Of a stretch of 64,000 bases of DNA, positions 17,428 to 26,688 are shown in pieces; position 1 is the stretch's first letter, and every line of letters begins with the position of its first letter. The notes below the pieces were generated by a model. It did not search any database. It was not told the DNA's origin and saw only the letters and a program-made list of their open reading frames with translations. The translations under genes and the position numbers were made by a program. Where the stretch lies: contig JAZNYQ010000039.1 of the NCBI GenBank assembly GCA_045594545.1, positions 15,494 to 79,493 of the forward strand. The letters are read 5' to 3'. Source of the stretch: Eubacteriales bacterium. GTDB taxonomy: Bacteria > Bacillota > Clostridia > Oscillospirales > UMGS1783.

Positions 17428-18705
17428 TTATGCCAGCAATTTCTCACAAGCTGCCAGTTTCACGCATACACAGAAGATATCCATCGCCATCTGCAGATCC
17501 TCAACCGAAGGGAAACTGGGCGCAATACGGATATTGCTGTCCTGCGGATCGTTTTTATACGGGAAGGTCGCTCCCGCACCTGTCATGACCACACCCGCCT
17601 CTTTCATCAGCACAACAATGCGCTTAGCACATCCGGCCATGGCGTTAAAGGAGACGAAATATCCGCCCTTCGGCGTGATCCAACTACCAATATCCAGTCC
17701 CCCAAGCTCTCGAGCCAGCGTATCGGTTACCGCATCAAAACGGGGGCGAAGCACCTGCGCGTGTTTTCTCATGTGCGCCTTGATCCCGTTAACATCCTTA
17801 AAGTATTTAATATGACGCAGTTCGTTGATCTTATCGGGACCAATGGTTTGATAGAACATCTGCTTTTTAATAAAATCAACGTTTGCCTTAGATGCCACCA
17901 TGCAGGCCACGCCGGCACCGGGATAGCAGATCTTAGATGTTGAGGCAAATTCAAAGATCATATCCTCGTTGCCATATTCACGAGCCAGAGAGAAGATTTC
18001 GGGAATCTCGATCTCCTCATCAGTCAGATGATGAACCACATAGGCATTATCATAGAAAACACGGAAATCCTCGGCCGCAGGCTTGAGGGCCGCCAAACGG
18101 CGCACCGTTTCATCCGAATACACAATACCGTCGGGATTAGAGTATTTGGGCACACACCAAATGCCTTTGATCGCGGCATCCTGTGCCACCAATTCTTCTA
18201 CCACATCCATGTCAGGACCGTTCTCGGTCATGGGCACGGTGATCAATTCGAAACCAAAGAACTCGGTAATGGCAAAATGGCGGTCATAACCGGGCGACGG
18301 GCACAGAAACTTCAGTCCCGCCTGTTTTCCCCAAGGCTTTTCCGAACCGTATACCCCGTGAGTCATGGCACGGGCTACCGTATCATACATCATGGTCAGT
18401 GAAGAATTTCCGCCTACGATCACCATGGAATCTTCCACGCCCAGCAGATCGGCAAATAATTTCTTGATGGACGGCACGCCGTCAAGTACGCCGTAATTGC
18501 GGGCATCAATACCGTCGATCATGCAATCGGCGCTGTCCTTGATGCAGTGGAGCATATCCTCGCTCAGATCCAATTGCTCCTTACCCGGCTTACCGCGGGA
18601 CATATCCAAAGACAGATTACGACTCTGAATCTGTGCATATTCCTTCTGCAGGCCGTTATACAATTCCTGCAGTTCTTCTCTGGTCATTTCTGCGTAAGTT
18701 TTCAT
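17428..18705 (-). CDS. PLP-dependent aminotransferase (class I/II fold, aspartate aminotransferase-like)
   Basis: About 425 aa with SRGKPG near the N-terminus and STSKICYPGAG containing the candidate PLP lysine. ATG at 18705 has GGAG 6 nt upstream. The longer track ORF overlaps rluB. Confidence 0.75.
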   Translation of the reverse strand: MKTYAEMTREELQELYNGLQKEYAQIQSRNLSLDMSRGKPGKEQLDLSEDMLHCIKDSADCMIDGIDARNYGVLDGVPSIKKLFADLLGVEDSMVIVGGNSSLTMMYDTVARAMTHGVYGSEKPWGKQAGLKFLCPSPGYDRHFAITEFFGFELITVPMTENGPDMDVVEELVAQDAAIKGIWCVPKYSNPDGIVYSDETVRRLAALKPAAEDFRVFYDNAYVVHHLTDEEIEIPEIFSLAREYGNEDMIFEFASTSKICYPGAGVACMVASKANVDFIKKQMFYQTIGPDKINELRHIKYFKDVNGIKAHMRKHAQVLRPRFDAVTDTLARELGGLDIGSWITPKGGYFVSFNAMAGCAKRIVVLMKEAGVVMTGAGATFPYKNDPQDSNIRIAPSFPSVEDLQMAMDIFCVCVKLAACEKLLA

Positions 18706-18718
18706 CTTTTTCTCCATT

Positions 18719-19438
18719 TTATAACGATTTAATATATTGTACTTCTTCATCGGTTAAAAACCGAGTTTGGCCGGGCTTAATATTACCCAGACGCAACTGA
18801 GCGATCGACTCTCTCTTGAGCAGTTTTACCTGTAACCCCAACTGTTCGCACATGCGCCGGATCTGACGGTTTTTCCCTTCATAGATGGTGATGTGAAACA
18901 CACTGCGTGTTTCGGTCACCTCACGCACCTGAATTTCGGCAGGCTGCAATTGCTCCCCATCCTCCAGAGCCATACCCTCACCCATTTGGCGGATCTGTTC
19001 ATCGGTCAATTCGCCGTTCACCGTCACGCGGTAGGTTTTGGGAATATGCGCCGCAGGAGAGGCCAAACGATGAGCCAATTCTCCGTCATCGGTAAGCAAT
19101 AACATCCCCTCGGAATCCTTATCCAACCGTCCCACAGGATACACACGGGCACTGATGTTAGGCAGTAGATCTTTTACACATTTCCGCCCCAACTCATCAC
19201 TAAGCGTAGTCACATAGCCACGGGGTTTATATAAAATTAGGTAGGTCGGACGGCGCTGCGTAGTTCGTACCGGCTTACCGTCTACCGTGATCTTTTCTTC
19301 TCCGGTCACCGTCTGCCCCAGATAGGCGGATTTCCCGTTCACGCTGACTCGGCCGGCCTCGATCAGCGCTTCGCCCTGACGCCGAGAACATAAGCCTTGA
19401 TCAGCCAAAAATTTTTGCAAACGAATCGGTTTCTCCAT
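18719..19438 (-). CDS. rluB: Pseudouridine synthase, RsuA/RluB family
   Basis: S4 domain (RLQKFLADQGLCSRRQGEALI) and catalytic GRLDKDSEGMLLLTDDG. ATG at 19438 has AGGAGG 7 nt upstream; the track start is TTG. Confidence 0.9.
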   Translation of the reverse strand: MEKPIRLQKFLADQGLCSRRQGEALIEAGRVSVNGKSAYLGQTVTGEEKITVDGKPVRTTQRRPTYLILYKPRGYVTTLSDELGRKCVKDLLPNISARVYPVGRLDKDSEGMLLLTDDGELAHRLASPAAHIPKTYRVTVNGELTDEQIRQMGEGMALEDGEQLQPAEIQVREVTETRSVFHITIYEGKNRQIRRMCEQLGLQVKLLKRESIAQLRLGNIKPGQTRFLTDEEVQYIKSL

Positions 19439-19479
19439 ATCCAATCCTCCTATCCCATTATTTTATATGATTTTTCAAA

Positions 19480-20598
19480 TTATAGCAACAAAAATTTGAA
19501 AATTCTTCGCCATTCCGATTGAAAACTTTTTGTTACAGACGATGATAACGGGATATCCTCTCTTGCACATAAATCGATGCTCGAAACCGTTTCCCCGTTA
19601 CACCGGATTTCCGCTTTAGCTATCGTCTGTCCCGTACATATGGGGGCAAATACCATTGTCGGGGTTTGCGGCAGAATTTCATATTGCAACCCATCCGACG
19701 TATCAGGCAAGAAAACGGGCATGCTGTTGGCCGCCGTAACCGATGTTGCCGCTCCGCCCGCCACAGGCACTTCCACTGTAATTTCGTCGATCTCGGCTTT
19801 TTGTAAGCGTATCAATTGCGAAAAGCCATAGTCCAGCAACTGCATATGATCCTGCCAATCGTTGGGGGCGCTCAAGGTAACACAGATCAACACTACACCA
19901 TCCTTAACCGCCGAGGATACCAAACATCGTCCCGCCGCTTTGGTAAAGCCCGTCTTCATTCCGGTTGCATGGTCATACATCCGCAACAGAGAGTTGTGAT
20001 TGTTATAGCTGTGCGTTATCCCATCCACAGTTGTAAATGTTACGTGCTTTGATGCCACGATACGGGAAATGACCGAATCCTTATTCGCCAACCGCCCAAT
20101 CTGAGCCAGTTCCCGTGCCGTTGTATAGTGTGACTCATCCGGCAATCCCGACGGGTTGGTAAAGGCGGTACGAACCAATCCCATCTCCCTTGCCCGACGG
20201 TTCATATATTCAATAAAGGCATCCCGATTTCCTTCAAAAGCGTGTTCCGCCAATGCTTCGGCCGCGTCATTTCCCGAACTGAGCAGCAAGGCATAGAGCA
20301 GTTGCTCCACGCTCATACTCTCACCGGCCTGCAAATTGGAACTACTGCCCTCCACGCCTGCCGCCGTTTTACTGATTGTCACAATTTCATCCAATTGACA
20401 ACATTCCCGTATCATCAGCGCCGTAAATAACTTTGTGGTACTGGCCATCGGCATGACCGCATCGGCATTCTTTTCATATAATACATGTCCCGTCAATACC
20501 TCCACCAAAATACAACTCTTTGCTGAAACCTCTGTCTGCGCAAATACACATGAGCCGCACATAAAAATGGCAAGTAAAATACTTAGGATTCGCTTCAT
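19480..20598 (-). CDS. D-alanyl-D-alanine carboxypeptidase (peptidase S11, DacB/DacF-like)
   Basis: Signal peptide, SxxK (ASTTKLF), SGN (SSGNDAA) and KTG (MKTGFT) motifs. Confidence 0.9.
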   Translation of the reverse strand: MKRILSILLAIFMCGSCVFAQTEVSAKSCILVEVLTGHVLYEKNADAVMPMASTTKLFTALMIRECCQLDEIVTISKTAAGVEGSSSNLQAGESMSVEQLLYALLLSSGNDAAEALAEHAFEGNRDAFIEYMNRRAREMGLVRTAFTNPSGLPDESHYTTARELAQIGRLANKDSVISRIVASKHVTFTTVDGITHSYNNHNSLLRMYDHATGMKTGFTKAAGRCLVSSAVKDGVVLICVTLSAPNDWQDHMQLLDYGFSQLIRLQKAEIDEITVEVPVAGGAATSVTAANSMPVFLPDTSDGLQYEILPQTPTMVFAPICTGQTIAKAEIRCNGETVSSIDLCAREDIPLSSSVTKSFQSEWRRIFKFLLL

Positions 20599-20654
20599 TC
20601 TTTCCCCTCCTGTTCATTCTGCATCATATTCGAAAGCCAAAGGGAAAATGAACA

Positions 20655-20689
20655 TAAAAAAACAGGAAAAGCACTCGGCTTTTCCTGTT
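20655..20689 (-). terminator. Terminator after rpsU
   Basis: AACAGGAAAAGC-loop-GCTTTTCCTGTT hairpin followed by TTTTTTAT on the minus strand. Confidence 0.8.
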
Positions 20690-20695
20690 TCTCAC

Positions 20696-20872
20696 TTATT
20701 TGTATTTGCGCTTACGAGCAGCTTCGGACTTTTTCTTACGCTTAACACTGGGTTTCTCGTAATGCTCTCTCTTGCGGAGTTCGGACAACGTGCCGTCCTT
20801 CGAGCAGGATCTCTTAAATCTTCTAAGAGCGCTGTCGAGCGACTCGTTTTCTTTTACCTTAACGACTGCCAT
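20696..20872 (-). CDS. rpsU: 30S ribosomal protein S21 (58 aa, absent from ORF track)
   Basis: Manual translation gives [58 protein letters not shown], a canonical S21 sequence. GGAGGGAGGG SD upstream. Confidence 0.92.
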   Translation of the reverse strand: MAVVKVKENESLDSALRRFKRSCSKDGTLSELRKREHYEKPSVKRKKKSEAARKRKYK

Positions 20873-20917
20873 TATGTTCTACCCTCCCTCCGAATATGAA
20901 ACCTTAGATACTGTTTA

Positions 20918-20946
20918 ATTATAATAAACCAATCGACGATTGTCAA
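20918..20946 (-). promoter_or_regulatory. Consensus sigma-A promoter for rpsU
   Basis: Minus strand reads TTGACA-17 nt-TATAAT, a perfect consensus, about 45 nt upstream of the rpsU ATG. Confidence 0.7.
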
Positions 20947-20954
20947 GCAATATT

Positions 20955-23360
20955 TTACTTTACAACCAAGTTAATTAACTTATTTTTAACATAAATCGTC
21001 TTTATGATCGATTTTCCGTCAATGGCGGCCTTCACTTTCTCGTCAGCAAGTGCCAAATCCACCACCGTCTGCTGTTCCGAGTCGGGCGCAATGGGAATCA
21101 GACTGCGCAACTTACCGTTGATCTGAACGGGAATCTGAATGGTGTCATCCACCGTTTTGCTCTCATCATATTCCGGCCAAACCGCCGACGTGGTGATATC
21201 CTGCTCATGACCGCACAACTGCCACATTTCTTCTGCCAGATGCGGCGCAAACGGGCTGACCAGCAGAATATAATCGCTCAACGCCTTCTTGGTGATCGAT
21301 CCCGCCGCATAAATATCGTTAAGTAATGCCATCAGCGAAGCAATTGCCGTATTAAACTTCATGTCCTCAATATCGGCCGAAACCTTTTTGATGGTCTTAT
21401 GGAAATTCTTCTCCAGAGCGCCGTAATCGTCACCCTCTACCATCATATCCAACAAATTAAAGACACGTTCCAGGAATCGCTTACATCCCTTGATCGACTG
21501 GCTTGACCAAGGCGCCGCCTTCTCGAAGTCACCGATAAACATGATGAACAGCCGCAAAGTATCGGCGCCGTACTCAGCCACCACATCATCAGGATTGACA
21601 ACATTACCGCGGGATTTGGACATCTTTTCGCCGTTCTCACCCAGAATCATACCGTGTGACGTGCGTTTCTGATAGGGTTCACAGGTCGGCACCACACCCA
21701 GATCATACAGGAACTTATGCCAGAACCGAGAATACAGCAGATGCAGCGTAGTATGTTCCATACCGCCGTTATACCAGTCGATCGGCGACCAGTACTCCAG
21801 CGCCTCTTTAGATGCCAACGCCTCATCATTGTGCGGATCAATGTAGCGCAGGAAATACCACGACGATCCCGCCCACTGCGGCATCGTATCGGTCTCTCGA
21901 CGGGCAGGCGCTCCGCAATGCGGACAGGTCGTGTTGATCCAATCGGTCATATTGGCCAGCGGCGACTCGCCGTTATCGGTCGGCTCATAACTCTCCACCT
22001 CCGGCAACTGTAAAGGCAATTCGCTTTCCGGAATGGGTACCCAACCGCAATGTTCACAATAAACCATCGGAATCGGCTCACCCCAGTACCGCTGACGGGA
22101 GAATACCCAGTCACGCAACTTGAAGTTTACCTTCTTGGTGCCAATTCCCTGCTCCTCAAAGAATGCAATGATTCTATCAATCGCTTCTTTAACGGTAAGT
22201 CCGTTTAAGAAGCCCGAATTGATCATCGTTCCGTTTTCAATATCGGTAAAGGCCGCCTCGGTAATATCCCCGCCGTCAACGACCTGCACCATCGGCAGAT
22301 CAAACGCCTTGGCAAAATCATAGTTATGCGTATCGTGCGCCGGCACCGCCATAATGGCGCCCGTGCCATAAGACATCAACACGTAATCGGATACAAAAAT
22401 GGGAATCTCCTCGCCTGTCGCCGGATTAATGGCACGAATGCCGTCTAAACATACACCGGTCTTATCCTTGTTGATCTCACTGCGCTCAAAATCACTCTTG
22501 CGCGCCGCCAACGCCGCATATTCCTTGATGGCATCATAGTTGGCCAGCTTATCCTTGTTGGCCTCAATCATCGGATGCTCGGGCGAAATAACCATATAGG
22601 TGGCTCCGAAAATGGTATCAGGCCGTGTCGTGAAGATCAAGAGCGTATCACCCGCCGTTGTCTTAAAGGATACCTCGGCACCGTAACTCTTTCCAATCCA
22701 GTTCTTCTGCTGGATCTTAACACGCTCAATGAAATCCACCTGATCCAGATCACTGATCAAGCGGTCGGCATACTCGGTAATCTTGAGCATCCACTGACTC
22801 TTGACCCGACGCTCCACAGGCGATCCGCAACGCTCACAAACCCCGTTGATCACTTCCTCGTTCGCCAATACGCATTTACAAGAGGTACACCAGTTAACCG
22901 CCATCTCCTTTTTATAAGCCAATCCCTTCTTGAACAACTGCAAGAAGATCCACTGCGTCCACTTATAATAAGCCGGATCGGTCGTCGAGATCTCTCTGGA
23001 CCAGTCAAAGGACATACCCGTCGCCTTGATCTGCTCCTTAAAATGCGCAATGTTCTGGGCGGTCACGATCTTCGGATGAATTTTATTCTTAATCGCATAG
23101 TTCTCAGTCGGCAACCCGAACGCATCCCAACCGATCGGGAACAACACGTTGTAACCGTTGAGACGGCGCTTGCGTGCCACAACATCCATCGCCGTATACG
23201 GACGGGTATGTCCTACGTGTAAACCCTGTCCCGACGGATACGGAAACTCGATCAGAGCATAGAACTTCGGCTTATCCGAATCGGTGCCCGTCTTAAATGT
23301 TTCATTCTTCTCCCAATGGTCTTGCCATTTCTTTTCAATTGCAGAAAAATCGTATTTCAT
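20955..23360 (-). CDS. leuS: Leucine--tRNA ligase
   Basis: 801 aa with HIGH-type motif ([10 protein letters not shown]) and KMSKS ([10 protein letters not shown]). Confidence 0.97.
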   Translation of the reverse strand: MKYDFSAIEKKWQDHWEKNETFKTGTDSDKPKFYALIEFPYPSGQGLHVGHTRPYTAMDVVARKRRLNGYNVLFPIGWDAFGLPTENYAIKNKIHPKIVTAQNIAHFKEQIKATGMSFDWSREISTTDPAYYKWTQWIFLQLFKKGLAYKKEMAVNWCTSCKCVLANEEVINGVCERCGSPVERRVKSQWMLKITEYADRLISDLDQVDFIERVKIQQKNWIGKSYGAEVSFKTTAGDTLLIFTTRPDTIFGATYMVISPEHPMIEANKDKLANYDAIKEYAALAARKSDFERSEINKDKTGVCLDGIRAINPATGEEIPIFVSDYVLMSYGTGAIMAVPAHDTHNYDFAKAFDLPMVQVVDGGDITEAAFTDIENGTMINSGFLNGLTVKEAIDRIIAFFEEQGIGTKKVNFKLRDWVFSRQRYWGEPIPMVYCEHCGWVPIPESELPLQLPEVESYEPTDNGESPLANMTDWINTTCPHCGAPARRETDTMPQWAGSSWYFLRYIDPHNDEALASKEALEYWSPIDWYNGGMEHTTLHLLYSRFWHKFLYDLGVVPTCEPYQKRTSHGMILGENGEKMSKSRGNVVNPDDVVAEYGADTLRLFIMFIGDFEKAAPWSSQSIKGCKRFLERVFNLLDMMVEGDDYGALEKNFHKTIKKVSADIEDMKFNTAIASLMALLNDIYAAGSITKKALSDYILLVSPFAPHLAEEMWQLCGHEQDITTSAVWPEYDESKTVDDTIQIPVQINGKLRSLIPIAPDSEQQTVVDLALADEKVKAAIDGKSIIKTIYVKNKLINLVVK

Positions 23361-23390
23361 TTTATGCCTTCCTGTCAGCCTTTCGGCGTA

Positions 23391-23744
23391 TTATTCTTTA
23401 AATTGAGCCGTGTCGATCTCATCGGCATCCGCCCAAAGTTTTTCAAGGTTATAATAATCACGAGCCGTAGGGTGGAAAATATGCACCACAACACTGTCGT
23501 AATCCAGCAAGATCCAGTTTCCCGAACTGTACCCTTCCCGATGCGATACCACAACGCCCGCTTGCTCCAACTTGAATTCCACTTCATCGGCAATCGCTTT
23601 GATCTGCGTCACCGACGTACCGTTACAGATGACAAAATAATCGGCCACCGCCGTCAATTTGTCAATCTTCAACACCTTAATGTTGATCGCCTTACGGTTT
23701 TCCATAGCGCCAACAATTGTTTTCAACATTGTATTTTCCATCAT
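23391..23744 (-). CDS. rsfS: Ribosome silencing factor
   Basis: 117 aa with the DYFVICNGTS block typical of RsfS/YbeB. ATGA overlap with yqeK. Confidence 0.9.
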   Translation of the reverse strand: MMENTMLKTIVGAMENRKAINIKVLKIDKLTAVADYFVICNGTSVTQIKAIADEVEFKLEQAGVVVSHREGYSSGNWILLDYDSVVVHIFHPTARDYYNLEKLWADADEIDTAQFKE

Positions 23745-24310
23745 TTCGCCCTTTCTGATACTAATTGATTATAACATAAAAACGTGTCCGGATGAATCGA
23801 TGCCGACTTCTCCAACAACTCCTCAATCGTCTGCTTCATGGCCTGCAACATCATCGCATCCAATCCCTCATCGATTAACGCCCGCACTTCTTCTACTCCG
23901 TCAAAGGTACGGTTTACCTCAATATAATCAGCCAAATACACGATTTTATCCAAGACCGTCATATTCGCCCGCCCCGTCGTGTGATATCGCAACGCATCCA
24001 GCACCGTCGGATCCTCAACACCTAAACACTCACGGGCATATCCCGCCGCCGTCTTGGCATGCCATAACTTGGGCGAGCGCCTTTCCGAATCAGACAAAAC
24101 GATCCCAAACCGATCGCATAGATTTAATTGCTCCTGCACCGAACATTCCTTGGTTAGATCGTGCAACCATCCCGCTACCATGGCCTGCTCGGGATCGGCG
24201 CCGTATCGCACCGCCAAGTCCCGCGCCGCATCCACTACGCCGCAGGTGTGCAAATACCGCTTGGGGGATAACCGCTCCTTTGCCAACAACTTAAACTCTT
24301 TATTCTCCAT
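23741..24310 (-). CDS. yqeK: HD-domain phosphohydrolase YqeK (bis(5'-nucleosyl)-tetraphosphatase type)
   Basis: HD motif (WLHDLTKE) and the conserved nadD-yqeK-rsfS order. Confidence 0.85.
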   Translation of the reverse strand: MENKEFKLLAKERLSPKRYLHTCGVVDAARDLAVRYGADPEQAMVAGWLHDLTKECSVQEQLNLCDRFGIVLSDSERRSPKLWHAKTAAGYARECLGVEDPTVLDALRYHTTGRANMTVLDKIVYLADYIEVNRTFDGVEEVRALIDEGLDAMMLQAMKQTIEELLEKSASIHPDTFLCYNQLVSERAK

Positions 24311-24881
24311 GATACAACTGATGCTCCCGCATATACTGCCACACCGCCGGCTCCACCATGTCAGCCGTCACCGATCCGTCCCGTATCTCACTGGAACTGA
24401 CCGCCAAAGGCTTGATGAATACCACCCGACAATGGGCACGGTATTTAAAAAAGTAAAAAAACTTTTTCATCCATAACTTCAAAAGAACATGCTTCTCCCG
24501 CGCCGCCGTCACAACGGTCGCCATCGAGAAGATAGCAGCAGGCTCCCGCCACGTTCCTAAGGATAAAAACATATCACTGCCGCAGATTAAATACAAAACG
24601 TCAGTCGGATACTGTTCCTTCAGCTGCCGCAGCGTATCTACCGTGTAACTCTTTCCTTTTCGCTCCAGTTCCATATTGGAAACCTCATAATCAGGAAAGG
24701 CTAACTGCGCCATCTCGTATCGATGCATCGGATCGTTATCCGCCACCGTCTTATGCGGCGGCATATAGGACGGCATGACGATCACACGCTCCAATCCCAT
24801 CTTTTCCACCACACGGTCCAGCAATAGCCGATGTCCCTTATGCGGCGGATTGAAGGTACCTCCGAAAATGCCGATCTTCAC
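24300..24881 (-). CDS. nadD: Nicotinate-nucleotide adenylyltransferase
   Basis: GGTFNPPHKGH motif right after the proposed GTG start at 24881 (GGAG 7 nt upstream, just past the yhbY stop). The track ORF is extended about 40 codons upstream through yhbY. Confidence 0.85.
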   Translation of the reverse strand: MKIGIFGGTFNPPHKGHRLLLDRVVEKMGLERVIVMPSYMPPHKTVADNDPMHRYEMAQLAFPDYEVSNMELERKGKSYTVDTLRQLKEQYPTDVLYLICGSDMFLSLGTWREPAAIFSMATVVTAAREKHVLLKLWMKKFFYFFKYRAHCRVVFIKPLAVSSSEIRDGSVTADMVEPAVWQYMREHQLYHGE

Positions 24882-24886
24882 GCCGA

Positions 24887-25183
24887 TCACTCCAATACGA
24901 TCTTGCGTTTTTCGGGATCGCCGGCCGGTCGATATAACACAATTTTGGAACCAATGCACTGCACCACATCGGCACCCAGAGCATCCGCCAACTGTCCGGC
25001 ACACTCCTTGGTGCTCATAAATGCCGTTTCCAACACATTGATCTTAAACATTTCCTTGATCTCCAAGGTCTCATCCAACTGCCGAATCAGATTTTCGGTA
25101 ATACCCGATTTCCCCACCTGCTCGGTCGCCTTCATGGTATTTGCCATCTTGCGCAACTGCGCGCGTTGTCCACTGGTAATCAT
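24887..25183 (-). CDS. yhbY: RNA-binding protein YhbY (CRM domain)
   Basis: 98 aa with LTSxQR-type N-terminus (ITSGQRAQLRKMAN) and GKxG block. ATGA overlap with rdgB. Confidence 0.85.
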   Translation of the reverse strand: MITSGQRAQLRKMANTMKATEQVGKSGITENLIRQLDETLEIKEMFKINVLETAFMSTKECAGQLADALGADVVQCIGSKIVLYRPAGDPEKRKIVLE

Positions 25184-25773
25184 TGGTTCTCCTGTATCTC
25201 TTGTAATTTTACACGAAGTGCCGCCAATGCCGCACCCCGATGACTGATTGCATTCTTCTCATCATCTGTCAGTTCCGAAAAAGTCTTCCCCTGCGACGGA
25301 ATATAGAAGATGGGGTCGTATCCAAAACCGCCGTTTCCTGCCGCCTCATGGGCAATTTCACCCAAACAGCGCCCCGTTACGGTAAAACTCACATCCTCGG
25401 ATAATACACAAGCAATCGCACATTCAAAACTGGCACTGCGATCGGCGGCGTCTCCGATCTCCTGTTGCAGTTTGGCAATCTTTTCAGGATAGGTCGCATC
25501 TTCCCCGCCGTAACGCGCCGAGTAAATACCGGGACGTCCGTCCAAGGCATTTACGCACAAACCCGAGTCATCGGCAATCGTGCCCAGCCCCGTTAAAGCA
25601 AAGCCGCATTGTGCCTTGATCATGGCGTTTTCTTCAAAGGTCGAGCCGATCTCCTCAGGATCAAAGTCTACACCCAATTCCTTAGGAATCACCGTCTCAA
25701 AACCGAGAGGCCCTAATATCTCGTCAATCTCTCTTTTTTTGTTGACGTTATTGGTCGCAATCAGTAATTTCAT
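25180..25773 (-). CDS. rdgB: dITP/XTP pyrophosphatase (Ham1/RdgB family)
   Basis: LIATNNVNKKREI N-terminus and GFGYDPIF block. ATGA overlap with ftsY. Confidence 0.92.
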   Translation of the reverse strand: MKLLIATNNVNKKREIDEILGPLGFETVIPKELGVDFDPEEIGSTFEENAMIKAQCGFALTGLGTIADDSGLCVNALDGRPGIYSARYGGEDATYPEKIAKLQQEIGDAADRSASFECAIACVLSEDVSFTVTGRCLGEIAHEAAGNGGFGYDPIFYIPSQGKTFSELTDDEKNAISHRGAALAALRVKLQEIQENQ

Positions 25774-26678
25774 TCTAACAATCCTTTAGCATAACTTTCG
25801 GGTGAGAATAAATCAAAATCATCTACCCCTTCGCCCAAGCCTACAAACTTAATGGGAATTCCCAATTGATGCAATACCCCAATCGCCATACCGCCGCGAG
25901 CCGTACCGTCAAGTTTTGTCAGTACGATTCCCGTCAATCCCGTTGCCGTGGCAAATTCCTTGGCTTGGTTAATGGCGTTTTGTCCGGTCGTTGCATCAAT
26001 AACTAACAAAAATTCCTTATCGGCATCGGGCAATTCCCGCTCGATAACGCGGCTCATCTTGGTTAGTTCATCCATCAAATGTTTCTTATTATGCAATCGG
26101 CCGGCCGTGTCGCAAACGATCACGTCCTTGCCTCTCGCCTTGGCCGCCGCAATGGCATCAAATAAGACCGCCGCCGGATCGCCGCCTTCGCGGTGCTTAA
26201 CAATATCGATCTCAATGCGTTTGGCCCAAATATCCAACTGCTCCGACGCCGCCGCGCGGAAGGTATCCCCCGCCGCCAGCAACACCTGTTTGCCGTTATC
26301 CTGCAGATACTTCGCCAACTTGGCACAGGTCGTCGTTTTACCCGTACCGTTAACGCCGATCACCATGATCACCGACGGCTTGGTGTTGATCTGTAAGGCC
26401 GACCGCTTATCCGACATCTGCTCGGTGATGATTCGCATCAGCAGTTCCCGTACCTGTTCGGCCGTGGAGATCTTCTCTAACTTCGCCTGTTTTCTTAACC
26501 TGTCAATGATCTCCTCGGTCACTTCCACCCCCGCATCAGCCATGATCAGAGTCTCTTCCAGTTCTTCCAGAAAATCCTCATCCACCGTACGGAAGTTGGA
26601 AAGCAGGGAGTTCATGCTCTCGCCAAAGGATTGGCGGGTCTTGCTTAATGTACTTTTCAGCTTTTCAAAAAGTCCCAT
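25770..26678 (-). CDS. ftsY: Signal recognition particle receptor FtsY
   Basis: SRP GTPase motifs GVNGTGKTTT, DTAGR and TKLDG. Confidence 0.95.
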   Translation of the reverse strand: MGLFEKLKSTLSKTRQSFGESMNSLLSNFRTVDEDFLEELEETLIMADAGVEVTEEIIDRLRKQAKLEKISTAEQVRELLMRIITEQMSDKRSALQINTKPSVIMVIGVNGTGKTTTCAKLAKYLQDNGKQVLLAAGDTFRAAASEQLDIWAKRIEIDIVKHREGGDPAAVLFDAIAAAKARGKDVIVCDTAGRLHNKKHLMDELTKMSRVIERELPDADKEFLLVIDATTGQNAINQAKEFATATGLTGIVLTKLDGTARGGMAIGVLHQLGIPIKFVGLGEGVDDFDLFSPESYAKGLLE

Positions 26679-26688
26679 CTATATGCTC

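Noticed and set aside
20599-20654. Possible sporulation-sigma (SigE/SigF) promoter upstream of the dac gene, and similarly upstream of spmA (42467..42540).
   Set aside because: The matches to the degenerate consensus sequences were too weak and ambiguous to assert without position-weight-matrix scoring or transcript data.
20435-20899. Track ORF of 154 aa on the plus strand, spanning the dac promoter, the rpsU terminator and rpsU.
   Set aside because: It reads straight through a terminator hairpin and lies antisense to a perfect S21 gene, so it is spurious.
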